Shown: positions 13,782 through 26,315 of the stretch, in pieces | Layout: each line of letters opens with the position of its first letter | Position numbering within the stretch: position 1 is the stretch's first letter | Assembly: GCA_015680685.1 (NCBI GenBank) | Contig: MNCI01000130.1 | Location: forward strand, 3,566-67,565 | DNA length: 64,000 nucleotides | Direction: 5' to 3' | Origin: Gnetum montanum | Lineage: Eukaryota; Plantae; Gnetophyta | Program-made: the position numbers and the translations under genes | Notes under the pieces: generated by a model | Told to the model about the DNA's origin: nothing | The model's database searches: none | Seen by the model: the letters and a program-made list of their open reading frames with translations, nothing else

Positions 13782-14116
13782 TTGGCACCTTTGCTAGAGA
13801 TATGTCAATGCTTGCTAGTTAGTTGATTTTACATAGTTCGTAGTATCAAGAAGCACAAAGTACATATTTCATACTTTGAATAATTTTTCAAAACATACAC
13901 ATACTTAAGCATTAAACAAACTAAAATAACTTTTATAACTAAAGTAAAATCTCTACCCATTATTAATCTTAATGAAAATCATGACAAAGATTACAATGAA
14001 GAAGATTAGAGTGCACATGCAAACTAGAATTTCACACACTCATACTGATCCTTATTATTTTGAATTTACATTCATTTTTCATTAGGATGAACAACTTATA
14101 TGGAGAGGCTTATAGG

Positions 14117-16874
14117 TGTTGGCGACCATTTGGGACAGGATCGCCAACGAGTGCCTCAAACAGAATTTTCTTGTTTGTTGGTCTTTGGCAATACCAAGGC
14201 CTAGATACCTCCAAATAGACTCAGTAGTTAAATGCACATATGTGTTTGTTGTTGCAAATGTTGAAATAGTTGAGCCATGTATAAAATTGTAATTAGTTAT
14301 CATGAAAGGAATTCAGCCAAATTTTGTAAAATACTATGAGTTGTTGTATATTCTTATTTTGTTCAATCACTTAGTCTATACGATCCTTTTAATACCTACT
14401 TGTAACAAATAAAATTTTGCAAAAATCATTTAAGCACAACTCTACCAATCTACTCCTATTTCCTCAGAGAGAGAAAGTTCCATAAAAAAACTAGAAATAG
14501 AGCAAGATTTAATAGAAAGAGAAAGAAAAGAAAGTAGATTTGTATAAAAATCTCAAATATTTAAGCAAGGTACATTGATGTGAGGAAAAACTTCCCAATA
14601 AAGTCATACCTAATTCAATATCTATGAATTATTCAAAACTTTATATGTTCAAACAAGCAATTTTTTAAAGACAATCCTACTACACTACCAAAACTTGCAG
14701 CATAAACTATCATGTATGAGTCTCTATTTTGGCTAGATAATAGTTGTCAACGATTATGTACAACAAAACTTTTAAAGATTTGACAATTTCTTATTGAAAT
14801 ACCAAGGGAATATACTTTAAATGTCAAAAAGCTATTTTAGTCCTATCAAAATACGAAAGATTTTTTAAACCCTCTAGACTATTACATTGCTCAACTAGCT
14901 TGTCTACAACAAAGGCTCTCTTGTAGCAATCCTACTAATATTCTTAAACATTGCATAATAATAGACTTCTCTATTAAATTGCTCTTAAGGCTTTCCAACA
15001 TGAGCTCATCTATAACAAATTTTAATAGGAGTTTATTACCATGTAACGAATGAATTATAAAAGCAATCTAAAAATCCCAAATTTTAATGACAAGCATGAC
15101 ACTACCTAAGCTACTAGCTATGCAACTAAAAAAAATTAGGAAAGAATGAACTCACAGGCTTAAACAAAGCAGCTAAAATAATATCTTTAATAAGCCATCT
15201 TCCAAGCAATTTTCAAAATGTCTTCTTGATTCTCCATCTAAAAATCCCTCCTTACATTCTACCCTTGAAGCCTTTTTATAGTGGCTTCAAGGTAGTTATA
15301 ATCATTATCTAGGTTGGTTGTAACCACTAAAAAAAAAGCTATACTTGACATATGTGTGGTAGTTACAACCACTATGAAGACTAGGAAGCTATAGTTGACA
15401 AGTGCCTGGTAGTTAATTGTAACTACTATAGGAAAATAGGTATGGTGGCCAAATGCCCCATTTTTTCCCTAAATAATAGTTTCTCTTTTTTTAAAAAACA
15501 ATGTATAGAGCTAAACTAATTATATTAATGGTTACACTATCAATAGAAAAAAAAATCTCTAGAGCACAAAATTTTATAAGGTCATGTCCCTCCATATGTG
15601 AAATGCACCACATTTACAGGAAAATCGCAAACCTAAAGTTTTTTTCTTTTGCCTTGGACTTTAAATCAATTTAAACAAGACGTTTCACCACCAAAACCCT
15701 CCTAGTCAAAACTATACATGTCCTCCATTGCCACTACATCATCCATCACATCTGCTACTGCCCAATTGTAGGGAGACACTTCCATACCTTTTGGCAGATC
15801 TTGCATCAGCAAAATTAACACCTTGTTCCTACTCAATTTCAGGAAAAAAATGAGTGACCACTACAGCCCCAGGTAACACTCTTGGAACTCTAAATATAAC
15901 ATCCCTTGTGGTCACCTATGATGGTAAAAATTTGGACTGCAATGCTAACAGACATGTTGAGGTCTTTGAAGGATTGTTGACAACTGTTGAGGAGCACCTA
16001 CAATTGAAGTTGAAGGTAGCCATTAGGGCATCAGCCTATTGGCAACCCTAATGTGCGTGATGTCCTTGAAACCCTTGCCATCACTATTAAATGCTAAGAA
16101 ATGACTTCAAAACCAACCATGATGGAAGCATGCCAAAATCCAACTGCCATGCCAGCATTGTGGACGCCATGCTGCTACCACAAATGTAAGTGATATTGAA
16201 CTGAGTAGTGGTTGAACTAAGCAATGGTTGTTATTGATGAGGGTGGAGGTCCTGTTGATGACATGTTCACTACCACCGTGGATTAAAACCCTACTGTTGT
16301 GTCTGGTCATGTTGCCCTATGGTACTCTGCATCCAACTGCTATCGTAGATCAAATCCCTACCGCTACCATTTCTCGTAGTTCTAGTATCAAGGGTAAATC
16401 CAACACGTCTTGACTTGAATCTAGTAGCCTATTTATTTTCATTCTTAGATTATTTACACTCTTATGTGCTCATTTCCTGATAATTGATATTTGGGTAATC
16501 CCCTGTTCTCCAATTTTAGGGCTTTTATTCAACTTGTTTAATCAACTATAAAATATTGTTTGGATTCAAATTTTCAAATCCACATTTGCTATTTTTAGTT
16601 ATGGATTGCACACACAACAGACCTGTTGTAGGAAACTTGAATAATATGAACAACAATTTTTTATTTTTGCTTCATCTGATTCTTGCTCTTTAACTTGGAT
16701 TTTTCATTTTAATTCAAGATGGGCATTGCACATTTGTTTCTTGCTTAGTGCCCTCAAGAACAAAACTTAGAACTGATTGTATCTCTTTATTTTTTAAAAA
16801 ATTTTAAAATAGACCATATAATTAACAAAATCCCTTGTTACACCTATTCCATCAAATGGTCAAATGTGACAACA
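14117..16874 (-). repeat. 3' LTR of the Tat-like element
   Basis: Aligns along its length with ~26316-29034. Minus-strand TATA (CTATAAAAA) at ~15275. An A-run on the minus strand (16875-16889) occupies the PPT position. Confidence 0.9.
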
Positions 16875-17046
16875 TTTTTTTTTTTTTTTGAGAATATCAA
16901 CTGAAAAACAACAATTTTATTGAACATTTACATGAAAAACTAGAAATCTTTTTGAGGAAAACTTTCATTAAACTTAAGATTTAATAAAATAAAATCCTCA
17001 GCCCTAATAAAAATTTGAAGAACTATACATCAGAACTTTATACAAA

Positions 17047-17690
17047 CTATTCAATGGATAAGAAGTGAATAGTTAAAATAGCTTTCTTGGGAATCCTCTT
17101 GTCTTAAACCCTTTCATACACTATTTCAATTGAAACTAATGCATTGTCTTCATCTTTGCTTTCTTCAATTATTCTTGTTTCCTTTACATCCATTTCCTTT
17201 GCATTTTTCTCCTTTGCTAATTCTTGTGGCTTATCCAAATTAGATACTTATGTATCTTGGGATACAAATGCCTCTCCCCAGGAATCAACTTGGTTAGAAT
17301 TTTTTTGATTTTCTACTTGACTATCACATTCATGAAATCTTCCCCAAACATTAGCTTCTATAGAAAGTCCACCAGTAAGAAACATGAACTCATCAGAAAG
17401 CTAAAGTAGAAATGGACTTTCTCTTGATGCTCCATTGGCTTGTGCTTTGCAATAAGCTCTTAGGACATGTTCCAGGTAACATCCCATTACATATGGGATA
17501 AATAGTCTTTCCATTACTCTCTTACCAAGAACCATCCTTTCTCAAACCTACACTCTTTGCTAGTTTTCTTTACTCATACTTTGAATTGGAAAATGATGTA
17601 ATCTCAAATAATCTGTGTCTCTTCTTATAGTACTAAATAATTTGAAATTCCCACCAAGTCTTGTTAACTGACTTTGCCACCTTTATCCAT
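17047..17690 (-). pseudogene. Decayed extra ORF downstream of the integrase in the Tat-like element; function unknown
   Basis: From ATG at 17690: MDKGGKVS*QDLVGISNYLVL*EETQII*DYIIFQFKV*VKKTSKECRFEKGWFLVRE*WKDYLSHM*WDVTWNMS*ELIAKHKPMEHQEKVHFY. The stops read so far are TAA/TGA, compatible with CAA/CGA deamination. The C-terminus is K/E-rich. Confidence 0.45.
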
Positions 17691-18149
17691 ATTAATTGCT
17701 TTCTAATCATTATACATATACCAATTTAACTTTTATCATTTGGTTGTTGGAATTACTTTCCATTAAATAATTAATTAGCCACCACTTCCACTTACTCATC
17801 TCAAGTAATGATTACTTTGGACAATATGGATTTAATAATTCAACTAATATTTTTAATTAAATATCTTTAAACTCACACTTAACATGAACATATGTTAATT
17901 TTTATTTTATCTAATTTTAAAATATTAAATAAACTTACTTGACCAAACGAATAGAACATATATGTCGTAATTAAACATAACATTAATCTAATACATGTTT
18001 TTACCAAGTGCATACATAATAATTCCTAAAAAATTTATTATTTATTATTATATATATTCAACCACCTTATACTTAAATATACTATGTACATATATTAATT
18101 TGTATAGAAATATTTAAGTTATGGGAAACTATTCAAAATAACGTTTTAT

Positions 18150-21100
18150 ATGTAAAACATTATATGGAAACTACAATTTCATACCATCTAATGTTGATAA
18201 TTTATAAGTATCCTCGGATAATTATTTTGTAATATGAGACAAACCAGTCCATGTTGGTGTGAACTTATTCAATTTCTTCATATTCCATAGCAAAACAAGA
18301 TCTCCTATTCAAAAAATTCTTTTCAAAGCCTTTTTATCAAACCATCTTTTGACTTGAGATGTACTTTTTAACAAAGTATCCTTTGCTCTATCTATCTCAA
18401 CTTCTCTCTTGATGAGCAAGGTCATAAAACTTCTATCTTTATTAGTTTTCTCACTATACCTTTGTACAAAATCTAAAGTTGAACTTAAAATCTTATTTGT
18501 AATTCTTGTGGGCAAACCATAGACTAAATTATAAGGTGATGTTCCAATAACCTTCTTAGACCTAATATGATCTTTCCATAATGCAAATTGTAGATAATCA
18601 ATCCAATTTCCTAAATTTTCATCCATCGATTTCTTAATGTGGGAAATAAGCTTTTTATTTGTAGATTCAGCTAAGCCATTTCCTTGAGAATAATAATTGG
18701 AAGAGGAAAATATAAAAATGGATTTTTCTAATGCCCATGTTATGAATTCTTTAGACTGAAAAGAAAACTCATTATCGGATACCAATACTTCAAGTAGGCC
18801 AAAACAACTTAAGATTTGATCTTCCAAAAACTTGATTACATCTAATGTTGAACTTCTTCTTAGTGCTTTCACTTCAAATCATTTAGTAAAGTAATTAGTG
18901 TTGGCGACCGTTTGGGACGCGACCGTCAACGAGTGTCCTCGAACAGGATTTAGGTGCCTGCTGGTCTCTCGCTACACCAAGGCTCAGATACCTCCAAATA
19001 ACTCAGTAGTTAATGTGAGTATGTGTGTGTGCTGTTGCGGCGTGCGGTTGTGAGAAATGTAACGATTGCGTTGTGCGAACTACAAATGACTTACTTTAAA
19101 GAGATTCAGCCAACTTTGCCAAGTACTGTGAGTTCTTGAAAATTTCCTATTTTGTTCAACTGCCTAGTCTACGCGGCCCCTATAATACCTGCTTGTAACA
19201 AATAAAATTTTGCAAAAACATTTGAGCACAACTCCACAATCTACTCCTAATTTTCCCCAGAGAAAGAGATAGTTCCACAAGAAAACTAGAAATAGAGCAA
19301 GATTCGATGGAAATAAACAGAAAAGAAAAGAAAGCAGATTTGTGTAGACCTCAAATATTTAAACAAGGTAAAATGACACGAGTAAACACTTCACAATAAA
19401 GCTATCCCAAATTCAATATCTACGAATTGTTCAAACTTCCAAGGTTCAAACAAGCAATATCTTCAAGACAATCCTACAGTGCCACCAAAAATCGCTGCGT
19501 AAACTACCACGTACGAGACTCCACTTTGACTAGACAATAGATGCCAACGATTGCATTCAAACAGAACCTTTAAAAGACTTGACAATTTCTGATTGAAATA
19601 ACACGAAAAATCACTTTAAAGATAAAGAAGCTATTCTGGTCCCATCAAAATACCAAAGATTTTCTGAACCCTCTTGACTACTAGATTGTCCCACGGTGTG
19701 ACTAAAAACAGAGGCTCTCTTTCAACAACCCAATAGCAGTTCCCAAACGTTGCACAATAACGAAATTTACTACTAAAATGCTCTTAAGGCTTTTATTCAC
19801 TAGCGCTTCTATGGCAAAATTTTAATAGAAATTTCTATCGGGCAACAAGAACAATAAGAGCAATCTAAAAATCCCAAAATTACTTGCCAAGGATGATACT
19901 ATCTAAACCACTAGCTATGCAATTTAAACAAAACAAAAAATGAAATGCATAACTCACAGGACCATGACAAAGAGGCTGAAATCTTTATTCTAGCAAGCCA
20001 TCTTTCAAGAAATCTTCTTTACAAATCTTCCAAGTATGATGTGAGACTTCCTTCTTGTGTGATGATGATGCTTCCCCCTTTTTTCTTTTCTTGACCCTTG
20101 AAGTCTATTTATAGGATTCCAAGGTAGGTAGGGAAGTTACAATTTTAAAAATATCTCACCTAACTTTTCTCCCAAGTAATTGGACTAACCAATTAGGAGA
20201 TTACTTGGCCAACAAGTTAGGAGGTTACTTGCCCAACAAGTTAGGTAAGTTACAATAATTTTAGGTGGGTTCAACCATAAAAGAGATAAAAATGCTACAA
20301 TTGACAAGTGTCTTCATGATAAAATATTATAATTGTAACTATCATAGGAAGTTACAACTTCCATAGGAATAATAGCCAAATGCCTCCTTTTATAGGATGT
20401 TACAAAAATATTTCATAACTGGCTTTTCATCATTTTTTAAATCATAAAATATTTTATTTATATCATAGTAGTAAAGATAGTAACCATGGAGTAGTTGCTC
20501 ATTTCATCATCCATCTTCATAAGCTTTGGATAAGTTTATGCTGCCTCCACATTCAGTTGACAATGCAAATATCATATTTGACAAAGCGAACATTCATTCT
20601 TTGATCTTCTTTCAGCATTTTCTTCTAATGATAATAAACTCACGCTGATTATCAATATTATCTTTGAGGCTACGTTTTTGTTGTTTTGTTTTTAGAAATA
20701 TAATAAGTTATAAAATTGAATTCATAGGATAGCGAATACGTTAACTTTATGGGAGGGTGAATATATTGCAAATGTAAATGTTTTGTAACGCGGTTAACCG
20801 CGTTGCTTTGCTTGCTCCTTCTGTGCGCGCTCCCTCCCGCGATTTGTGTGCCACCGCTACCGAACTGCTCCGTCCGTTATTTCTCTGCCACCGCTCTGCA
20901 TCGGATTGGCCCAAGGTCGCGATTACCGCCGTTGGTTTGTTGCTGACGTCGCCCAAACCCTGCCGCTGCTTTGCTGCCGCCTTCTCCACGTCTTCCGCGT
21001 CCGCCATGGCTGTGTGTCAACTATTGAACCCCCACAAACGCGATTGCAGTTGGAACAGCTTTTTCGCGGAGCTCGGCATAGTTACTAACTTGCTCATATC

Positions 21101-22640
21101 AACGGTGCACTGACTTGAATCTGAGAACCTTCAGCAATGGTGTCTTGCCCCTATTCGTGGACAGCGTCCAAGTCCGGCGCATTCGTATTTTTGTTTTGCA
21201 GTTTTTGCTCATAACTGTCCGGAGTTGCAGGCAAAGGCGTAGGCGTAGCAATCGGCTGCGTTCTGGCCCTGCTTTATTCATTTTCTATAGTCTTTGGCCA
21301 GGAAATTAAGCTTAATATGAAAACAGAACAAAGAAACCCTCCGTGGCAAGTGTTTGACGAAATTGCAAATAGAATATGGAGTGATTTCTGGCGTTTTCTT
21401 GGTCAATTTCAGCAGCAAGCATCACTGCGTTTTTGTTACCATTGATACTGCGTTTTTCCTTTTGTGTTTAACCCTGTTTCTGCAAGTATTCAGCAACTGT
21501 TTCTGTGCTTTGTTCAGTGCCATTTTGGAGGCCCTCTCTGGTTTCTTGTCATTGCAGATTTTTTTTTTTATTTTCCTATATTTTTCGGTATAGCAATGGT
21601 CACAGAGAATGGGGATTCCAGTGGCAAAGTGCTGGGGGAACCTGTTTCTGTCTTTCTACATGAATGTCTATTTCTGCAGAGTACATTACTTGAAACTGTC
21701 CTGTGGGATAATGGGTTGCTATACTACCCTGGTCTCTTACAATAATACAGAGCATCTCCTTCATTTTGCAGCATTTCACTTTTTCCTTTCAGAGAAAAAC
21801 ATTTTACTTACAGAGAAATATATTCTTAAATTTTACAAATAACTTCACCCTGCCCAGACTGCTGAACTTGCAATATTCATCTATAAACCTCAGTGAATTA
21901 TAAAGTGATTCTGTATTTATCAACCAGGGCTATGTAAGCTTTTCTCATATTTTTAAATATGAGAATGTCTTTTGTGCACTTATTCTCTTTCTCACTAGCT
22001 GAAAATTACGCTACTTCTTCACAAATTCTCAACTAGTTTAAGTCTGCTTCATGAAATGGCCAAATGTGCCAACAATTAGTAGCTATGAGAATAAACTTAT
22101 GCCTACCTCTTGAAGGAGTAATTACACTAATGAAATCCAAACCCCATTGCTGAAATGATCTATCTATAATTACTGGTTTTAAGGGGGCTCTAGCCTTTTT
22201 GATCCTTGGTCCATGGATTTGACATTTATAACATCTTTATATTTTTAAAGCAATATCTTGATACATACTAGGTCAATAATATTTATATCGAAGTATATGT
22301 TGCATAGTTGATTTAGGGGATTTATAAAATAAATTAGAATGATCATGGAATTTTTCTAAGATAAAACCAATTTGATTATTATGAACACATTCCGATAAAA
22401 CCCCTCTAAAATCCTTTCTGTATAATATACCACCTTTAACTACAAATTTACGTGTTTTCTTAAAGAAAGCTCTTTTCTGACTTGTAGTTAAATTATTCGA
22501 GACTTTCCTTATATTAAAAAACTTTAAAATTTCATCATACCAATTTCCCTCATGAGTATCGAGCACACATACTTCATTTTCTCTACCCATTAATTTGGGT
22601 AATCTCATTCCCTTAACCATTTTACATATTTCTAACAAAA
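18150..22640 (-). pseudogene. Gypsy integrase remnant split by a solo LTR
   Basis: 22273-22638 is the N-terminal zinc-binding region (GGILYRKDFRGVLSECV...ILEKFHD). LDFISVI...LIAT|NYFTK joins across the insertion. 18309-18872 is the core (LVSDNE, YYSQGNGLAESTNK, GTSPYNLVYG). Confidence 0.9.
18899..22074 (-). mobile_element. Solo LTR (3176 bp) of a family related to the host Tat-like element, inserted in its integrase
   Basis: TGTTGGCGACC...CAAATGTGCCAACA with a perfect TSD ATTAG (18894-18898 and 22075-22079). Removing it restores the integrase sequence LIATNYFTK. Confidence 0.93.
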
Positions 22641-24185
22641 ATCTAAATCATTGTAGCTTTATAAGCCACTTTGTTCTTTTCAATCCAATTTCATTTTATG
22701 CCCAGAATTACTTAATTGCAAGTTCAATTAGCATAATATGAACTAATGAACTTTCTAGATAATATTTAAAATACTGAAGTGCTTTAATGACCATGAACAC
22801 TTGTTTTTTGAAATTTGAATAATTTAATTCAGAACCTTTCATCTAATACCCAAAAAATCCAATTGGCTCATCTTGCCCTTCATTTTTCTGAGTTAAGACG
22901 ATGGTAATGGAATCATTAGAAGCAAAAGCATATAACCAAAAGTCTTCTTTTAATTTAGGTTTAATCAAATATGGAGCTTCTTGAATAGCCCTTTTAATTT
23001 CTACTAAAGCTTTCTCCGATGTTGGTGTTTTCTTTACTTGAACGTCTTTATTTAGCATATGTATCAAAGGCTTAGTAATTTTGGTGAATCCAAGAATAAA
23101 TCTGTTAATGAATTTTATTTTTCCAAAAAAAGATCTAAGAGATTTTTTACTTGTAGGATGCTCAATATTCTCTACTGCTTGGATTCAAGAATTATCTATA
23201 GCATTTCCTTTTTGATAGATTACATGGCCTAATAAACTCCCAAATTTAACTCCAAATATACACTTCTTAGGGCTTAATGAAATACCATACTCATGACATC
23301 TATCAAAAACTTGTTCAAGATGACCAATATGATCTTGTTTTCTTTTTGAGAATATGGTAATATCATCCAAATAAACCATAACAAATTTACCGATTAAACC
23401 TTTAAAGGCTAAATCCATTGCTCTTTGGAAAGTAGCTCCAATATTTGATAATCCAAAAGGCATTCTTTGGTAAGCGAAAGTCCCCCATTTGGTGATAAAT
23501 GTTGTCTTATATCTATCATTTTTATCTATCATGACATGATTATAGCCTGAAAACCATTTAAGAAAGAATATACTTGGCAACCTGATACCTTAATCAACAT
23601 CTCATCAACTCTAGGCTGTGGATATTTATCCTTCTCAGAAGCTTCATTCAAATTCCTAAAGTCTACACAAAGCCTAATGTTACCATTTTTCTTTCTTACT
23701 AGAACAAGGTTAGCAAGCCATGTTGAATATTGGATTGGATATATGATTCAATCTTGTAATAACTTCTTGATCTCGACTTCCATAACTGGTTCAAATGATG
23801 GATTGAATTTCCTTTGTTTTTGCTCAATGGTTTTACAACCTTCTATTAAAGGAATTTTATGTGTTGTCACATTTGGTCTAAAAGCTTTAAGGTCATCATA
23901 AGACCAAGCAAAATTGTCCAAATTATTTTTTATGAGTGATAACAAGTTTTTCTTGAAAACTGAATTCTTTTCCTTTGTGATATTTAACATCTTGGGCATC
24001 TCATTAGATCCAAGATTTACTTCTTCAAAACCTTGATCATCAGGATTTTGTATATCTTTTCTAGTAAACAAATTTTTCTCAAACTCATGATCATAATCAA
24101 TTATCCTTTTAGGAATGAAATTTGTCTTAGATTTCGACATTGTCTTAGGTATGACTTGACCTTCAAATTCTTGTTTGTTTCTCAT
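22640..24185 (-). pseudogene. Gypsy reverse transcriptase and RNase H remnant
   Basis: FAWSYDDLKAF...HKIPL...QKQRKFNP; KTTFITKWGTFAYQRMPFGLSNIGATFQRAMD...VYLDDITIFS; RNase H FWLYAFASNDSITIVLTQK. Multiple stops and frameshifts. Confidence 0.93.
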
Positions 24186-24299
24186 GAACCTAAGTATTTG
24201 ATCAACATCTTCAAATACTTACAAATGTATTATGTTATCTGGTACTAATGGTTGATGTTCTTCTTCAATCTTTACACACCCATATCTTTCTATCTTTTG

Positions 24300-24690
24300 C
24301 ATATCTAATGTCAAAGCTACTTTTGCTAGGTCATCTACTATATAATTACCTTCTTTACCTATATATTCTATTTGGTAGTACTCAAACTGTTCTAAAAAGT
24401 TGTAGACAAGTTGTTTATAAGGTCATAAAAATGAACTTTTCACTATACAATTAACCTTAACTTGTTCACAAACTAATCTTGAATCTTCCTTTATAGTGAT
24501 TACCTTGATTTCTTTTTCCAAATTTGTTCTAATACCAATACACAAAGCTTCATATTCAGCCTTGTTATTAGTATAAGGAAAAGATAGATGAATTGCCTTT
24601 AGAATTTCTGGTGAATTATTTCTTACTATAACTATTCCAGCTCCTACACCTTTAGAATTACATAAGCCATCAAAGTACAATTTCCATTTG
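24300..24690 (-). pseudogene. Archaeal-type RNase H (aRH) domain of the Tat-like element
   Basis: WKLYFDGLCNSKGVGAGIVIV...TNNKAEYEALCIGI...IKEDSRLVCEQVK matches the RNase_HI aRH motifs (FDG, TNNxAEYEAL, GDSxLVxxQV). Confidence 0.88.
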
Positions 24691-24791
24691 TTCTCATCTT
24701 TGGATTATTCTTTTTCAGAACTCTAAGTTTCTTGGAGTGTACAAATTTTGTTTTCAAAACTTCCTTTTTCAACCATTTTACTTTTTCCATT

Positions 24792-25269
24792 TCAAGTAAT
24801 ATTATCAATCATTAAAGGTTCAGTATACACATATATTTGGTTTGGTTCTCCTTTCCAAGGTAACCACATGTGTAAATAATCTGTTAATATGTAACTTGAG
24901 AAATTCTTACTGCAACTTCTACTTAATAAGAGACTATATGAGTCCAGTATATCTGCCACTTGAATAGTTACTCTACTTTTGACATGGGGTTCAGAAGCGA
25001 TTTCTAATAGAACATTTGGTAATTGACCCACAATCTTCACTTTGCTCTTGTCCACTTGAACAGTCTTTTTTATTTGATTTTTCAAGAATCAAACCAAGTT
25101 TCTTGCATATAAACAGTGGCATTATAGCAGATGTGGCTCTAGAATCAACTAAACAATTGTGAAAATATTTATCCTTTAACTTCATTGTCAAAAGGACAAG
25201 GAGGAGCTTCTTTATCAAGAATACAATCATAACCAGCCTTTGATTTTTCATCATTATTAGACACATCAC
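24792..25269 (-). pseudogene. Aspartic protease remnant of the Tat-like element
   Basis: HNCLVDSRATSAIMPLFICKKLGL, then VQVDKSKVKIVG...YSLLLSR, typical of Tat/Ogre-type protease. Confidence 0.8.
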
Positions 25270-25345
25270 TTAACTCTGATTCTCTAACTTACCTTTTGCC
25301 TTTAATAAACTCTAAAGCCTTTCTTTGTTGATCTCCTATTTGTAG

Positions 25346-26315
25346 TGATGAGCAATGAGGTATCCCTACATCCAGCCATATGAATGACAGGCGTTCATGT
25401 GCAATCTAGTTGAATTTTGTAGACTTTAATTACCAAGTACACTAGAGCTAAACAGTGAGTTCGTGTTATCTTTTTGTTGTCTTCCCAGTCTCACTTGTGA
25501 AATGCAAATGTATGATTAAGTGTGATTGAGGCATAAGATTTTTATTATTTTTTGTTTTATCAATTTTCTCACCTAAAACAAGAGTAAAAGTAAGAGTAAT
25601 TAAGTGCTAAGTAAACTATTGTCTAATCTAGCCTAACATAAGTAGCTGTCCCCACTTCCCAAACACATCCTGAACTTCGAGTAACACTGCTAGGTTGTCA
25701 AACGCTAACCATTTCTAAGCTACCAAGTGTCACACGTATGTTTGAAGGGGTCATGCTTGTGTATTTTAATTAGTTGCTTAATTAATCAAAATTAATTACT
25801 AAATGAATAACATTAACCATAAACTGCATGAAATCACAATATATAAATGCATAAAAAAGAAAGTCTCAAGTGCTGCAAGGATGAATCAACAAGCTCATCG
25901 TTATTGCCAACATAATGGTGTGTTCAGGCACATCAATGGCTGAATGAAGATTTGATGACACTTAGACCTCCTGCTACGGACACTTGGAAAATATTCTAAC
26001 TTTCAAATAAACAAACTACAAGAATTTTGCTACTTGGCTCTAAAAACTACCCCTGAATTGTGTGCCCAAGGGATGTATTTATAGGCCTAGGAGTACTTTG
26101 TAATATCGCATGTCCGATATCGCATCTTAGGCCATGATATTGCATACCTAGTATCATGTACCCAGCCACTCTAATATCAAAGCTTATGAAAAACACAATT
26201 CATCATACCCCCACAACTGAATGAAAACTCATCCTAAAGTACAAGAGGAACAAGTCCCTTACAAAATATATTAGAAGGTATGGAATGTTTGACTAATATG
26301 CAGAGTGAACGTATG
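25346..26315 (-). mobile_element. 3' LTR, PPT and short internal stub of an Athila-like element; remainder deleted
   Basis: TGATGAG (25346)...CATCA (26205), then TACCCCCAC and flank matching 9532-9610. It fuses directly into the Tat 5' LTR. Confidence 0.85.

Noticed and set aside
20747-21745. Cluster of short ORFs in a GC-rich island
   Set aside because: They lie inside a TSD-flanked solo LTR, and no recognisable protein or exon structure is present.
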